From contig JAVHOK010000048.1 in the NCBI GenBank assembly GCA_036170035.1, forward strand, positions 1-32,944: a DNA stretch of 32,944 nucleotides, read 5' to 3'. Numbering within the stretch: position 1 is the first letter of the stretch; every line of letters starts with the position of its first letter. The notes below the pieces were generated by a model that saw only the letters and a program-made list of their open reading frames with translations, was not told the origin of the DNA and did not search any database. Origin of the DNA: Minisyncoccota bacterium (lineage in GTDB: Bacteria > Patescibacteriota > Minisyncoccia > UBA6257 > JAGOQP01). Made by a program: the position numbers and the translations under genes. This document shows, in pieces, positions 22,580 through 30,890 of this stretch.

Positions 22580-23869
22580 ATGTTTAACTTAAAAAATATA
22601 TATACAAAAAATAAAAGAAATTTATTACTTGGATTTGTAGGATGCGTTTTGATTTTTGGAAGTATTTCTGGGGCCTATTATGCTGGTCATATTCAAGGAG
22701 CAAAAGATCCTCAAATTATTAAAGTTGAGGGTGTGATTGATCCCAAAAAAGGAGAAGTCGTTGATTTTAATAAATTTTGGAATGTTTGGCAGATAGTCAA
22801 AAATAAATACGTTTCTGAGGATAAAACAAGAGACAATCAAAAATTACTTTATGGAGCAATATCCGGTATGGTTGAATCGTTAGATGACCCTAATTCCAAT
22901 TTTTTTCCTCCAAAAGAAGCAAATGATTTTAATCAGGAGATAAGCGGTGAGTTTAGTGGGATTGGAGCGGAGATAGGGCTTAATAAGGACAGACAACTTG
23001 TAGTGATTTCTCCACTCAAAGATACTCCGGCAGAAAAAGCAGGATTGATGTCTCAGGATAGAATTATAAAAATTGATGGAGAAAGTACTTTTGGTTTTTC
23101 TACTGATCAAGCCGTTAAAAAAATAAGGGGGGAAAAGGGAACAATTGTAAAACTAACCATAACTAGGAGTGGATTAGATAAAGAAAAAGTTATTGAAATA
23201 AAAAGGGGAACAATAGTTGTTCCAACTTTGGATTTTAAACAATTAGGATTAGATGGAAAGGAAAAAGATGGCGGAGAGATTGCTTATATTAGGCTTTATA
23301 ATTTTTATGAGAAATCATATTCTCTTTTTTATCAAACTGCTGTTAAAATAGCGTTATCAAATTCAAAGGCAATTATATTTGATCTTAGGGGTAATCCGGG
23401 TGGATACTTAGATTCAGCTGTTCAAATATCGGGTTGGTTTGTGGACAAAGGTAAAATAATTGTAACGGAAGAGTTTAGAGATAAGAAAGAAAATCAAGTA
23501 TATGAATCAAGAGGACCGTCTTTGTTTAAAGATGTTCCAGTAGTAGTTTTGGTGGATGGTGGATCAGCCTCTGCCTCTGAAATTTTGGCAGGAGCTTTGA
23601 AAGAAAATAATGGCGCAATTATTGCTGGACAAAAAAGTTTTGGGAAAGGGACTGTCCAAGAGGTTATTCCTATGAATGATCAATCAATGCTTAAATTAAC
23701 AATTGCTCATTGGTTGACTCCAAAGGGTAATCTAATAGATAAAAATGGAATTATGCCAGATGTTATATTTGAGGAACCAACAGCACAAGATTATGAAAAA
23801 GATAAAGTTGAAGCTGAAAATCAATGGATTAAAAAGGCTGTAGATATTTTAAAAGAAAAAATTAAATAA
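22580..23869 (+). CDS. S41 family C-terminal processing peptidase (Ctp/Prc-like) with PDZ domain
   Basis: N-terminal TM anchor, a PDZ-like segment (GIGAEIG...VISPLKDTPAEKAGL), DLRGNPGGYL, and the GGSASASEILAGAL serine motif. Confidence 0.88.
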   Translation: MFNLKNIYTKNKRNLLLGFVGCVLIFGSISGAYYAGHIQGAKDPQIIKVEGVIDPKKGEVVDFNKFWNVWQIVKNKYVSEDKTRDNQKLLYGAISGMVESLDDPNSNFFPPKEANDFNQEISGEFSGIGAEIGLNKDRQLVVISPLKDTPAEKAGLMSQDRIIKIDGESTFGFSTDQAVKKIRGEKGTIVKLTITRSGLDKEKVIEIKRGTIVVPTLDFKQLGLDGKEKDGGEIAYIRLYNFYEKSYSLFYQTAVKIALSNSKAIIFDLRGNPGGYLDSAVQISGWFVDKGKIIVTEEFRDKKENQVYESRGPSLFKDVPVVVLVDGGSASASEILAGALKENNGAIIAGQKSFGKGTVQEVIPMNDQSMLKLTIAHWLTPKGNLIDKNGIMPDVIFEEPTAQDYEKDKVEAENQWIKKAVDILKEKIK

Positions 23870-23874
23870 AATCT

Positions 23875-24345
23875 ATGAAAATTATTCTTCTAAAAGATGT
23901 TCCAAAAATTGGAAGGAAAGGGGAGATTAAAGATATTTCTGACGGTTATGCAAAAAATGCTTTGCTTCCTAAGGGATTGGCAAGAATTGCAACTTTGGGA
24001 ATAATTAAAGATTGGGAAGACAAAAAAGAAAAAGAAAAAAATCAAGAAGAAAAAAGAAAAAAAGTTTTAGATGAAATTGTTTCTAAATTACCAAAAAAAG
24101 AATTTATTTTTCATTTGAAAACTGGTGAAAATGGAGAGGTATTTAATTCTCTTCATAAAGACGAGATTACAAAAAAAGTTGCTCAAGAGATAAATGATTC
24201 TTTTGGTAGTTTGCTTAACATTCAAGATGTTCACATTGATATTAAACCAATAAAAGAATTAGGAGAAATAAAAGTTCCTATTAGAGTTGGCAGGGGAGAG
24301 TATACAAAAAAAGTAGATATTAATATAAATATAAAACCAGAGTAA
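23875..24345 (+). CDS. rplI: 50S ribosomal protein L9
   Basis: MKIILLKDVPKIGRKGEIKDISDGYAKNALLPKGLA is the canonical L9 N-domain. A long charged helix follows, then the C-domain. Confidence 0.9.
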   Translation: MKIILLKDVPKIGRKGEIKDISDGYAKNALLPKGLARIATLGIIKDWEDKKEKEKNQEEKRKKVLDEIVSKLPKKEFIFHLKTGENGEVFNSLHKDEITKKVAQEINDSFGSLLNIQDVHIDIKPIKELGEIKVPIRVGRGEYTKKVDININIKPE

Positions 24346-24348
24346 AAT

Positions 24349-24382
24349 AAAAACATCCCTAATATAATCAAGGGATGTTTTT
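24349..24382. terminator. bidirectional intrinsic terminator between rplI and rpmA
   Basis: AAAAACATCCCT (24349-24360) / AGGGATGTTTTT (24371-24382) with a 10-nt loop. Confidence 0.75.
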
Positions 24383-24387
24383 ATTTG

Positions 24388-24663
24388 TTAAGCGGTAATA
24401 CTAATTCTAGTGACATATCTATCATTGCCATCAAATCTTGTTTTTTTAACTAGTTTATAAGAAACAATCCCTGGTTTTCCAGCAAAGAGAGTATCGTCTC
24501 CTCCAATTTTAACATTTGCACCAGCAAGATATTTAGATCCTCTTTGTCTAATCAAAATTTGACCAGATCTAACTTTCTGTCCATTTTGACATTTTATTCC
24601 AAGACGTTTTGATTCTGACTCTCGGCCTAACTTAGTAGAGCCTAATTGCTTTGTATGTGCCAT
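24388..24663 (-). CDS. rpmA: 50S ribosomal protein L27
   Basis: MAHTKQLGSTKLGRESESKRLGIK...RQRGSKYLAGANVKIGGDDTLFA matches the L27 consensus. No rplU is adjacent. Confidence 0.92.
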   Translation of the reverse strand: MAHTKQLGSTKLGRESESKRLGIKCQNGQKVRSGQILIRQRGSKYLAGANVKIGGDDTLFAGKPGIVSYKLVKKTRFDGNDRYVTRISITA

Positions 24664-24763
24664 ATATTAGATAATAATTTTTTTATAGACATTGAAAAAT
24701 AACCCATTTGGGATAATTTATTAATGTTGTTAGTGGGTTTAGTATATAGTATAATGGCTTATT

Positions 24764-25462
24764 ATGTCAACACCAAAATTAGTTTTTGATATTGAAACGG
24801 CCGGAATAGATTTTGAAGCATTGGATGATCTATCACAAGAATACATGCTCAAATATGCTCAAAGTGACGATGAGGAAAAAGAGATTAAAGAAAGTTTGGC
24901 TTTTTATCCTTTGACTGGAGAGGTGGTGGCGATTGGGGCTTTAAATCCTGACACAGGAAAAGCTCAAATTCTTTGTCAAAATAAAGGCATCAAAGGAAAG
25001 CAAGTTAATGAAATTGATGAAAATTGTCAGTTATTTTGGGGAACAGAAAAAGAAATTATTGAAAAGTTTTGGGAGTTAGTTAATTCTTATAAAACATTTG
25101 TTTCTTTTAATGGAAGGGGATTTGATGTTCCTTATTTAATGATTAGATCAGCAATGTTGGGAATAAGGCCGTCAAAAAATTTAATGGCTAATCGTTACAC
25201 TTCTTATCAAAGTAATCAGGCGTTACATATTGATTTGGCCGATCAGTTATCTTTTTATGGAGCAGTTAGGAGAAAATTTAGTTTACATATGTATACAAAA
25301 GCTTTTGGAATTAGTAGTCCAAAAGAAGAGGGGGTGAAGGGGGAAGATGTAACCAAGATGTTTAACGAAGGAGAAATTTTTGAGATAGCCAGATATAATT
25401 TAAGAGATTTAATAGCAACAACAGAGCTTTATAAATATTGGGACACTTATATTAATCTATAA
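24764..25462 (+). CDS. RNase H-fold 3'-5' exonuclease (PolB exonuclease-domain-like)
   Basis: LVFDIETAG (Exo I), FNGRGFDVPYL (Exo II) and YNLRDLIAT (Exo III-like) are present. Confidence 0.65.
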   Translation: MSTPKLVFDIETAGIDFEALDDLSQEYMLKYAQSDDEEKEIKESLAFYPLTGEVVAIGALNPDTGKAQILCQNKGIKGKQVNEIDENCQLFWGTEKEIIEKFWELVNSYKTFVSFNGRGFDVPYLMIRSAMLGIRPSKNLMANRYTSYQSNQALHIDLADQLSFYGAVRRKFSLHMYTKAFGISSPKEEGVKGEDVTKMFNEGEIFEIARYNLRDLIATTELYKYWDTYINL

Positions 25463-25467
25463 AAAAT

Positions 25468-25626
25468 ATGTTTTTTAATATCAAAAAATGGATAAGAGAT
25501 AATCAAAAAGATATTTTAATATTTATTGTAACAACTCTTTTGTTTTCTTTGGCATTTGGTTTGGGATATTTATATGCAAGAGATTTTACAGAAACGCCAA
25601 TTATTATAAACAAATGTTCGGGTTAA
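25468..25626 (+). CDS. small single-pass membrane protein (not in the ORF track)
   Basis: 52-codon ORF MFFNIKKWIRDNQKDILIFIVTTLLFSLAFGLGYLYARDFTETPIIINKCSG. It starts 6 nt after the upstream stop and ends 2 nt before a terminator. Confidence 0.4.
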   Translation: MFFNIKKWIRDNQKDILIFIVTTLLFSLAFGLGYLYARDFTETPIIINKCSG

Positions 25627-25627
25627 T

Positions 25628-25660
25628 AAAAAATAAGCACATAATTTGTGCTTATTTTTT
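25628..25660. terminator. bidirectional intrinsic terminator
   Basis: AAAAAATAAGCAC / GTGCTTATTTTTT stem with a 7-nt loop, between convergent genes. Confidence 0.75.
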
Positions 25661-26448
25661 TAGAGATAGCCTATTTTTTTGAGAACATCTTCATTTTCCC
25701 ACTCCCATAATTTTTTTGCTCCTAAAAAGGCCTGATAATCAGATTGCCAATTTAGACATTCTTTTAATTCAATATCTCCAACGACTTCTGACCATTGGTG
25801 ATGACAAGAAAATGATTTAGCATAATCTGCTTTGTTGCCTGTCCATGGAATTTTAACGCTATCTTTACCGCCTTTACTTCTTAAAACAGCTCCACACCTT
25901 AAACATTTTTTATGTTGATCAATTCTTAATATCCATCTAGTTTCTAGGCTAGGGAATTCTTCTTCAAGGGCGGCCATATAGGCAGAAGTTTGGAGATTGT
26001 AATCTCTATATATAGATCCAGATGTTTTTATATCTAAAACTCCAAATTTGCCATCAATAGAAACTAATCCATCAACAGTTCCAGCATATTTTTCTTTTAA
26101 GTTAATAACTCTTTTTTCTATAAATTTATTTTCAGCTTTGATACTATGAGTAGATTGAAATTCATTAAAAGCAGTAACAGCTGGTTGGACGCTTGGATTA
26201 ATGGGACTATTCTCTCCCATTAAAATATTTTCTATTGTTTCGTGAATAAGCGTTCCTTGCTCGGCTGATAATATCTTTATTGCTTCTCCTTCCTCAAAAC
26301 TTTTTAGTCCACCATAAAATTTATATAAAGCTGGTTTGGATTTTATTTCTACTATCTTTGTGACTCGAGGATACCATATCCCATTTATTTCATATCCGCC
26401 CTGTTCTTTAAATTCATTAATTTTATCCATAGAATAGAATGTTAGCAT
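25660..26448 (-). CDS. PD-(D/E)XK superfamily nuclease (RecB/Cas4-like fold) with an inserted Cys cluster
   Basis: GTLIHE, GTVDGLV...VLDIKTS (D...D/E-x-K) and LQTSAYMAAL (QxxxY) are present, plus a CLRCG...SCHH Cys/His cluster. Confidence 0.65.
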   Translation of the reverse strand: MLTFYSMDKINEFKEQGGYEINGIWYPRVTKIVEIKSKPALYKFYGGLKSFEEGEAIKILSAEQGTLIHETIENILMGENSPINPSVQPAVTAFNEFQSTHSIKAENKFIEKRVINLKEKYAGTVDGLVSIDGKFGVLDIKTSGSIYRDYNLQTSAYMAALEEEFPSLETRWILRIDQHKKCLRCGAVLRSKGGKDSVKIPWTGNKADYAKSFSCHHQWSEVVGDIELKECLNWQSDYQAFLGAKKLWEWENEDVLKKIGYL

Positions 26449-26460
26449 AAAAAATATGAA

Positions 26461-26500
26461 TAGGTAATCAAAAGTATAATGTATGCTGTATGCGGTATAG
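26461..26500 (+). repeat. member of the dispersed intergenic repeat family
   Basis: GGTAATCA at 26463-26470, then ATAATGTATGCTGTAT at 26476-26491, an exact 16-mer match to 15334-15349, followed by GCGGTAT. Confidence 0.6.
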
Positions 26501-26782
26501 AGAAAATTATTTGTCTTAGAGAGCTAATTTTGATGGGAAAGGGGAGAGGGAGGATAAGCGTAAAAATTTAAATTTTAAGAATTATTTAATTATTTTTTTA
26601 AAAATACTTATAGGTTAAGTGTAATAAATAATATAAGACAATATAAAAATATATTTACTTTTAGTAAGTCAATGAGAATGGTATTTAATACTGAGAGGAG
26701 TGAGAAAATGGCTGGTTTTTCTATATACTATGTGTCGCACAATAATTCTTTTGCGACAGATGTTTATATGTGTTTTAGGGGA

Positions 26783-27058
26783 TCAACCAACAAAGCCCGT
26801 TATCCATCTAAAAACATCCATTAAGATATTGAATAAAACTATAAAAATATTTATAGCAAACTTAAAGAAAGATATTAATAATCCGAAAAGATCTCCGTTC
26901 CATTTTAAATCTAACCAGTTTGTGATCATTATAAAAAATTGACTGACTACGCTCCATAATGTTTCTAATATGCTCCAAAGCCCGTTGTTTTTAAGAAAAT
27001 CTATAATAGGGCCTATAGTTTCTTTGATGTTTGTATTTGAAAATATATTTCCTCCCAT
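26783..27058 (-). CDS. possible small membrane protein downstream of the M23 peptidase gene
   Basis: 91-aa ORF with a hydrophobic C-terminal half (LFGLLISFFKFAINIFIVLFNIL). It is co-oriented, 53 nt after the peptidase stop. No SD is seen. It competes with an overlapping plus-strand ORF. Confidence 0.35.
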   Translation of the reverse strand: MGGNIFSNTNIKETIGPIIDFLKNNGLWSILETLWSVVSQFFIMITNWLDLKWNGDLFGLLISFFKFAINIFIVLFNILMDVFRWITGFVG

Positions 27059-27111
27059 ATTTATAATTTATAGTTTATTTATTTTTTTGTGTTTTTATTT
27101 TTGTCGCTTAT

Positions 27112-28383
27112 TTATAGAGATACATAATTTCTCGGATTTATATCTCCACCAAATGGCATTTTAGGACCACAAGAATTACTTGGGCCAATTCTAAAAGTTG
27201 AGGAATCATAGACGGTAAAATGTAAATGTGGGCCTGTAGCAAATCCAGTTTTTCCTACATAACCAATAATCTGTCCTTTTTTAACTATATCTCCTTCTTT
27301 GACTGTATACATAGACATATGAGCAGATATGGTTGTTAAACCGATATTATGTTTGATAGCAACATATTTTCCGTAAGCGCCTTTATTACAATATTTGTCT
27401 TGATTTTCAACAGAAACCACAACCCCATCAGCCGATGCATAGATTGGTTCTCCAATAGGAGCTCCAAAATCTAAACCATTGTGCCACTTTCCCGCATAGG
27501 CCTTTTGAGCAAACTTAGTAGCGCCGTAGTCTTGTGTTATTGGACCTTTTACGGGTCTTAATAATAAGCCTGGGGCTTTCTTGGGAAGGTTTTTGTAATC
27601 TATTTGACCTCTTAACTGACTATCCATTTTTTCTATTTCCAGGGCAATTTCAAGCTGTTTCTTCTCTAATTCTTTAAGAGAATTTTGATAGATCTGTTCT
27701 TTATTCTTTGTTTGAGCTAAAAAATTACTTTTCTCTTGTTTAACATCGGTGGCAATGGATTTTTTATTTTTTAGATTTTCTTTTTCTATTTCTTTATTGT
27801 CCTTAGTTGTAGCTGTGACTTGAAGTGTGCCTGAGAGTTTTTTTTTGGCTTTGTTTAGTTCATCTATTTTTTCAACTAATTTTTTATTAACATCGGAAAG
27901 AGTTTGAATTTCAAAAACACTTTGAGACAATGTTTTGTTTTTTAGTAATGAAATTAATAGAGTCTCGTTATCTTTGTTTTGTAGGTCTCTAAAGATGTCG
28001 CCAATGGCAATTTCTTTTTGATTGACATCTTTTTCTGATTCAGATATATCTCCTTGAAGAGATTCTATTTCATATCCTAACTTATCAATAACAATTTCAC
28101 TTGATTTAATACCAAGATCTATTTGTTTGATGGTTGAGTCAATTTTTTTTACTTCAGTGGTTAGAGATTGTTTTTGACTTTGTGTTTCGGTCAATTTTTT
28201 CTGATTTTCTAATATTTGCTCATTTATTTTTTTAAGCTCCTCTCCTTTTGAAGTAATTTTTTGTTCTATTTCTGTTTTGGAGACTTGAGCATAAGTAAAA
28301 ATATTTCCTTGTAAAAATAAGAATATAAATATAATAATATATAATATACTATTGGTCAAGCGTGTTGATTTGTTGTAATTCAT
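27112..28383 (-). CDS. M23 (LytM) metallopeptidase with a long EnvC-like coiled coil
   Basis: N-terminal signal/anchor, ~230 aa of heptad-rich E/K/Q/L sequence, then an M23 domain with intact HNGLDF (HxxxD) and GPHLHF (HxH) zinc ligands. Confidence 0.85.
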   Translation of the reverse strand: MNYNKSTRLTNSILYIIIFIFLFLQGNIFTYAQVSKTEIEQKITSKGEELKKINEQILENQKKLTETQSQKQSLTTEVKKIDSTIKQIDLGIKSSEIVIDKLGYEIESLQGDISESEKDVNQKEIAIGDIFRDLQNKDNETLLISLLKNKTLSQSVFEIQTLSDVNKKLVEKIDELNKAKKKLSGTLQVTATTKDNKEIEKENLKNKKSIATDVKQEKSNFLAQTKNKEQIYQNSLKELEKKQLEIALEIEKMDSQLRGQIDYKNLPKKAPGLLLRPVKGPITQDYGATKFAQKAYAGKWHNGLDFGAPIGEPIYASADGVVVSVENQDKYCNKGAYGKYVAIKHNIGLTTISAHMSMYTVKEGDIVKKGQIIGYVGKTGFATGPHLHFTVYDSSTFRIGPSNSCGPKMPFGGDINPRNYVSL

Positions 28384-28491
28384 TAGTTTTTAGAGTTTCT
28401 TTAAAAATATCTAGTAATTACTCCCCTATTTATCATAACTCTGTGGTTAATTATGCCATAAAAAAGCCCAAAAATCCATAAAAAGATAGGC

Positions 28492-28507
28492 AAAAGGTAA
28501 TAAGTAA
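28492..28507 (+). repeat. short member of the dispersed repeat family
   Basis: AAAAGGTAATAAGTAA matches the module order seen at 15308-15323. Confidence 0.45.
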
Positions 28508-28606
28508 CCACTTCGATTTTCATTGCTCATTTAGGACAAGTAAGTAAAAAGCAATAGAGATGTCTTGTTTTCTACTTATCTATTATAAATGTAGTTAAAT
28601 AATCAC

Positions 28607-29581
28607 CTATTTTTTGGCTGTTTTTAACCAATCCAAAGCCGTCTTCTCAATTTCTAGAGAATCTTTAGCAAGCATTATTTGAGATCTTAATTTTTTGGCG
28701 CCCTCAAATCCTTGGATGTAAGCATGGAGATGTTTTTTAACGTGAGGAAATTTTTTTATATCTTTATATCTTTTTTCAAATATTTTTGCATGCTGAATCA
28801 TTAGATTTATTTTGTCTTTAGTAGAAATATTGTTGGAATCTACATCTTTATTAAAAATCCATGGATTGCCCAAGGCACCTCTACCAATCATAATTCCGTC
28901 TAGGTTATATTCTTGAATTTTTGAGAGTCCATCAGCATAAGATTTTATATCACCATTTCCAATAAGAATAATCCCCTCTTTTTTAACAAGAAAAGAAATT
29001 TTTTTAACAACATCCCAATGTGGAAAAACTTTAGATAATTCTTTTTTTGTTCTGGCATGAATAGTTAACGCATCAGGTTTTGCCTCAAGTAAAATCGGTA
29101 ACCATTTTTCAATACTTATTTCATCAAATCCTATTCTAGTTTTAACTGAAACGGGTAATCCTTTTGATCCATCTTTACAAGCTAGGACCAATTCCTTCAT
29201 AAGTTTTGGGTTATTTATAAGTCCAGCTCCTCCGCCCGATTTAATAACTCTTTTATCAGGACAACCCATATTAATATCTATTCCATCAAAACCAAAGCTG
29301 GCTATTATTTTGGCCGATTCTTTCATTTTTTTGATGTCCGATCCCCAGATTTGAGCGATTATGGGCTTTTCTTCTTTGCTGTAAGTTAAATAATATTTTT
29401 CTATTTTTTTTCTTCCTTTTGGGTTTGTCAATCCATCAATAGCGACAAATTCTGTAAAAAATATGTCTGGCTTACCACATATAGCCACTATAGATCTAAA
29501 AGCTGAATCAGTGACATCATGCATTGGAGCTAGGGCAAAAATTGGACCGGCTTTAGATAGTTTTTTCCAGATGTTTTTCAT
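28607..29581 (-). CDS. dus: tRNA-dihydrouridine synthase
   Basis: LAPMHDVTDSAFR, GIDINMGCP, a Cys-loop/K motif region and IHARTK are present (TIM-barrel Dus family). Confidence 0.88.
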   Translation of the reverse strand: MKNIWKKLSKAGPIFALAPMHDVTDSAFRSIVAICGKPDIFFTEFVAIDGLTNPKGRKKIEKYYLTYSKEEKPIIAQIWGSDIKKMKESAKIIASFGFDGIDINMGCPDKRVIKSGGGAGLINNPKLMKELVLACKDGSKGLPVSVKTRIGFDEISIEKWLPILLEAKPDALTIHARTKKELSKVFPHWDVVKKISFLVKKEGIILIGNGDIKSYADGLSKIQEYNLDGIMIGRGALGNPWIFNKDVDSNNISTKDKINLMIQHAKIFEKRYKDIKKFPHVKKHLHAYIQGFEGAKKLRSQIMLAKDSLEIEKTALDWLKTAKK

Positions 29582-29722
29582 GGTAGAAATTTAAAATTAA
29601 AAATTCAAACTTTAAAGTTGTGAAAGCAGATTATTTTATCATTTAACTGTATTAGTTTGATCGTGCCCACCGCAAGTCATTATAAATCATAAGAAGTGCT
29701 GATTATGTTGAAGAAGGATAAT

Positions 29723-30397
29723 TTAAATCTTTAATACCTCAAGATTTAAAAATTTAATTAAATAAATGCCATAGAAAATGGTTATGAGAGTAGCTAGTAA
29801 AAATGGATAACCAAGTGTTGTAAATTTTTCTTTTAAAAATATTATTTTAAATAATGAAATAAAAATAACTGATAAAAATATCAAAGGAAGAAAAATAACA
29901 AAATTTGGCCAACCAAGTATTAAGGCGCAAACCCCGCCTAGTTCTACTTCGCCATCTTCAAAAAATCTGTTGTTGTATTTTCTTAAGATTTTTAAAAAAT
30001 ACCAAAAAATTATTCCAGACAAAATAGACAAAAACAATCCTATCCAAATTCTCCCCATAATATAGTAGGTAAAATATCCAAGTGAACTATTGGATAAAAA
30101 CGATAATGATTTGAATATTGGAGCAGAGACGTTTTGACTAATTGGACTACTTAATAAATTTTTAGTAATTGGATTGGAATTCCAAACTAAGTATTGTCCG
30201 ATGGATAATATAAGAGAGAAAAAAATATAGTAGACAATTAAGCTATAAAATATTTTTTTAAATAAAATAACTATTGTTTCTTTTGTATATAGATTCTTTT
30301 TGCTAATAATAAACAATAATAAACAATAAATAAAAAAACCTCCCAAAAATGATTTTTGAACCAATAATAAACTGGGGCTTAAAAAAAATTCATTCAT
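29723..30397 (-). CDS. polytopic membrane protein, possibly a divergent A24 (prepilin peptidase)-like protein
   Basis: 224 aa with ~6 TM helices. EDGEVELGGVCALILGW...LGYPFLLATL parallels the G-x-G-D-V-K-L...G...P-F-G-P-F-L layout of A24 peptidases, but with E in place of the catalytic D. Confidence 0.4.
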   Translation of the reverse strand: MNEFFLSPSLLLVQKSFLGGFFIYCLLLFIISKKNLYTKETIVILFKKIFYSLIVYYIFFSLILSIGQYLVWNSNPITKNLLSSPISQNVSAPIFKSLSFLSNSSLGYFTYYIMGRIWIGLFLSILSGIIFWYFLKILRKYNNRFFEDGEVELGGVCALILGWPNFVIFLPLIFLSVIFISLFKIIFLKEKFTTLGYPFLLATLITIFYGIYLIKFLNLEVLKI

Positions 30398-30454
30398 ATT
30401 TACAATAAATAATTAAATTATTTTGTTTAATTGTAGCACAATTAAAGTGAAGAT

Positions 30455-30482
30455 TAAAAAGCACCTCATTGGAATGAGGTGC
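30455..30482 (-). terminator. intrinsic terminator of the 102-aa ORF
   Basis: The minus strand reads GCACCTCA-TTCCAA-TGAGGTGC followed by TTTTT. Confidence 0.7.
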
Positions 30483-30512
30483 GTGTGATTTTGATGTTTA
30501 CATGATCTTATC

Positions 30513-30821
30513 TTATTGATGAACAGCCATTCTTAACAGCGTCGGAGTATCGTTTCTCAACAATTCGTAAATTTGCTCAATATGATGAGCCTCAAAGTCT
30601 CCCCACATTTCCGTAACCGCTTCGAGGAAGGCATCTTTTTCAATTCCTTCTAATTTAAGTTCTCCTCTAATAATATCAATATCACAAAGAATTTTAATAA
30701 GTTCTTCTGGGGTACGACAACCACCCATCGTTCTTACAACAACTAAACTACTTAAAAGATTGGGTGAACAATAACAAATCATCTCTGATTGAAATAGAGA
30801 CTCGTTGTTTTTGTTTGGCAT
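30513..30821 (-). CDS. hypothetical Cys-containing acidic protein
   Basis: 102-aa ORF with a strong SD (AGAGGAG) and its own terminator. It looks less AT-rich than its neighbours. No family recognised. Confidence 0.55.
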   Translation of the reverse strand: MPNKNNESLFQSEMICYCSPNLLSSLVVVRTMGGCRTPEELIKILCDIDIIRGELKLEGIEKDAFLEAVTEMWGDFEAHHIEQIYELLRNDTPTLLRMAVHQ

Positions 30822-30890
30822 CTTTTTTCTCCTCTTTTTATCTTGTAAGAGCTAATATATTAATAACACCATTATATTATCTATGTCAAA

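Noticed and set aside
26700-27164. Plus-strand ORFs 26700-26942 (GTG start) and 26970-27164
   Set aside because: The first overlaps the more protein-like minus-strand 91-aa ORF and starts at a GTG inside an SD-like purine run. The second runs into the 3' end of the M23 peptidase gene on the opposite strand. Both translate to I/F/L/K-rich sequence typical of non-coding frames.
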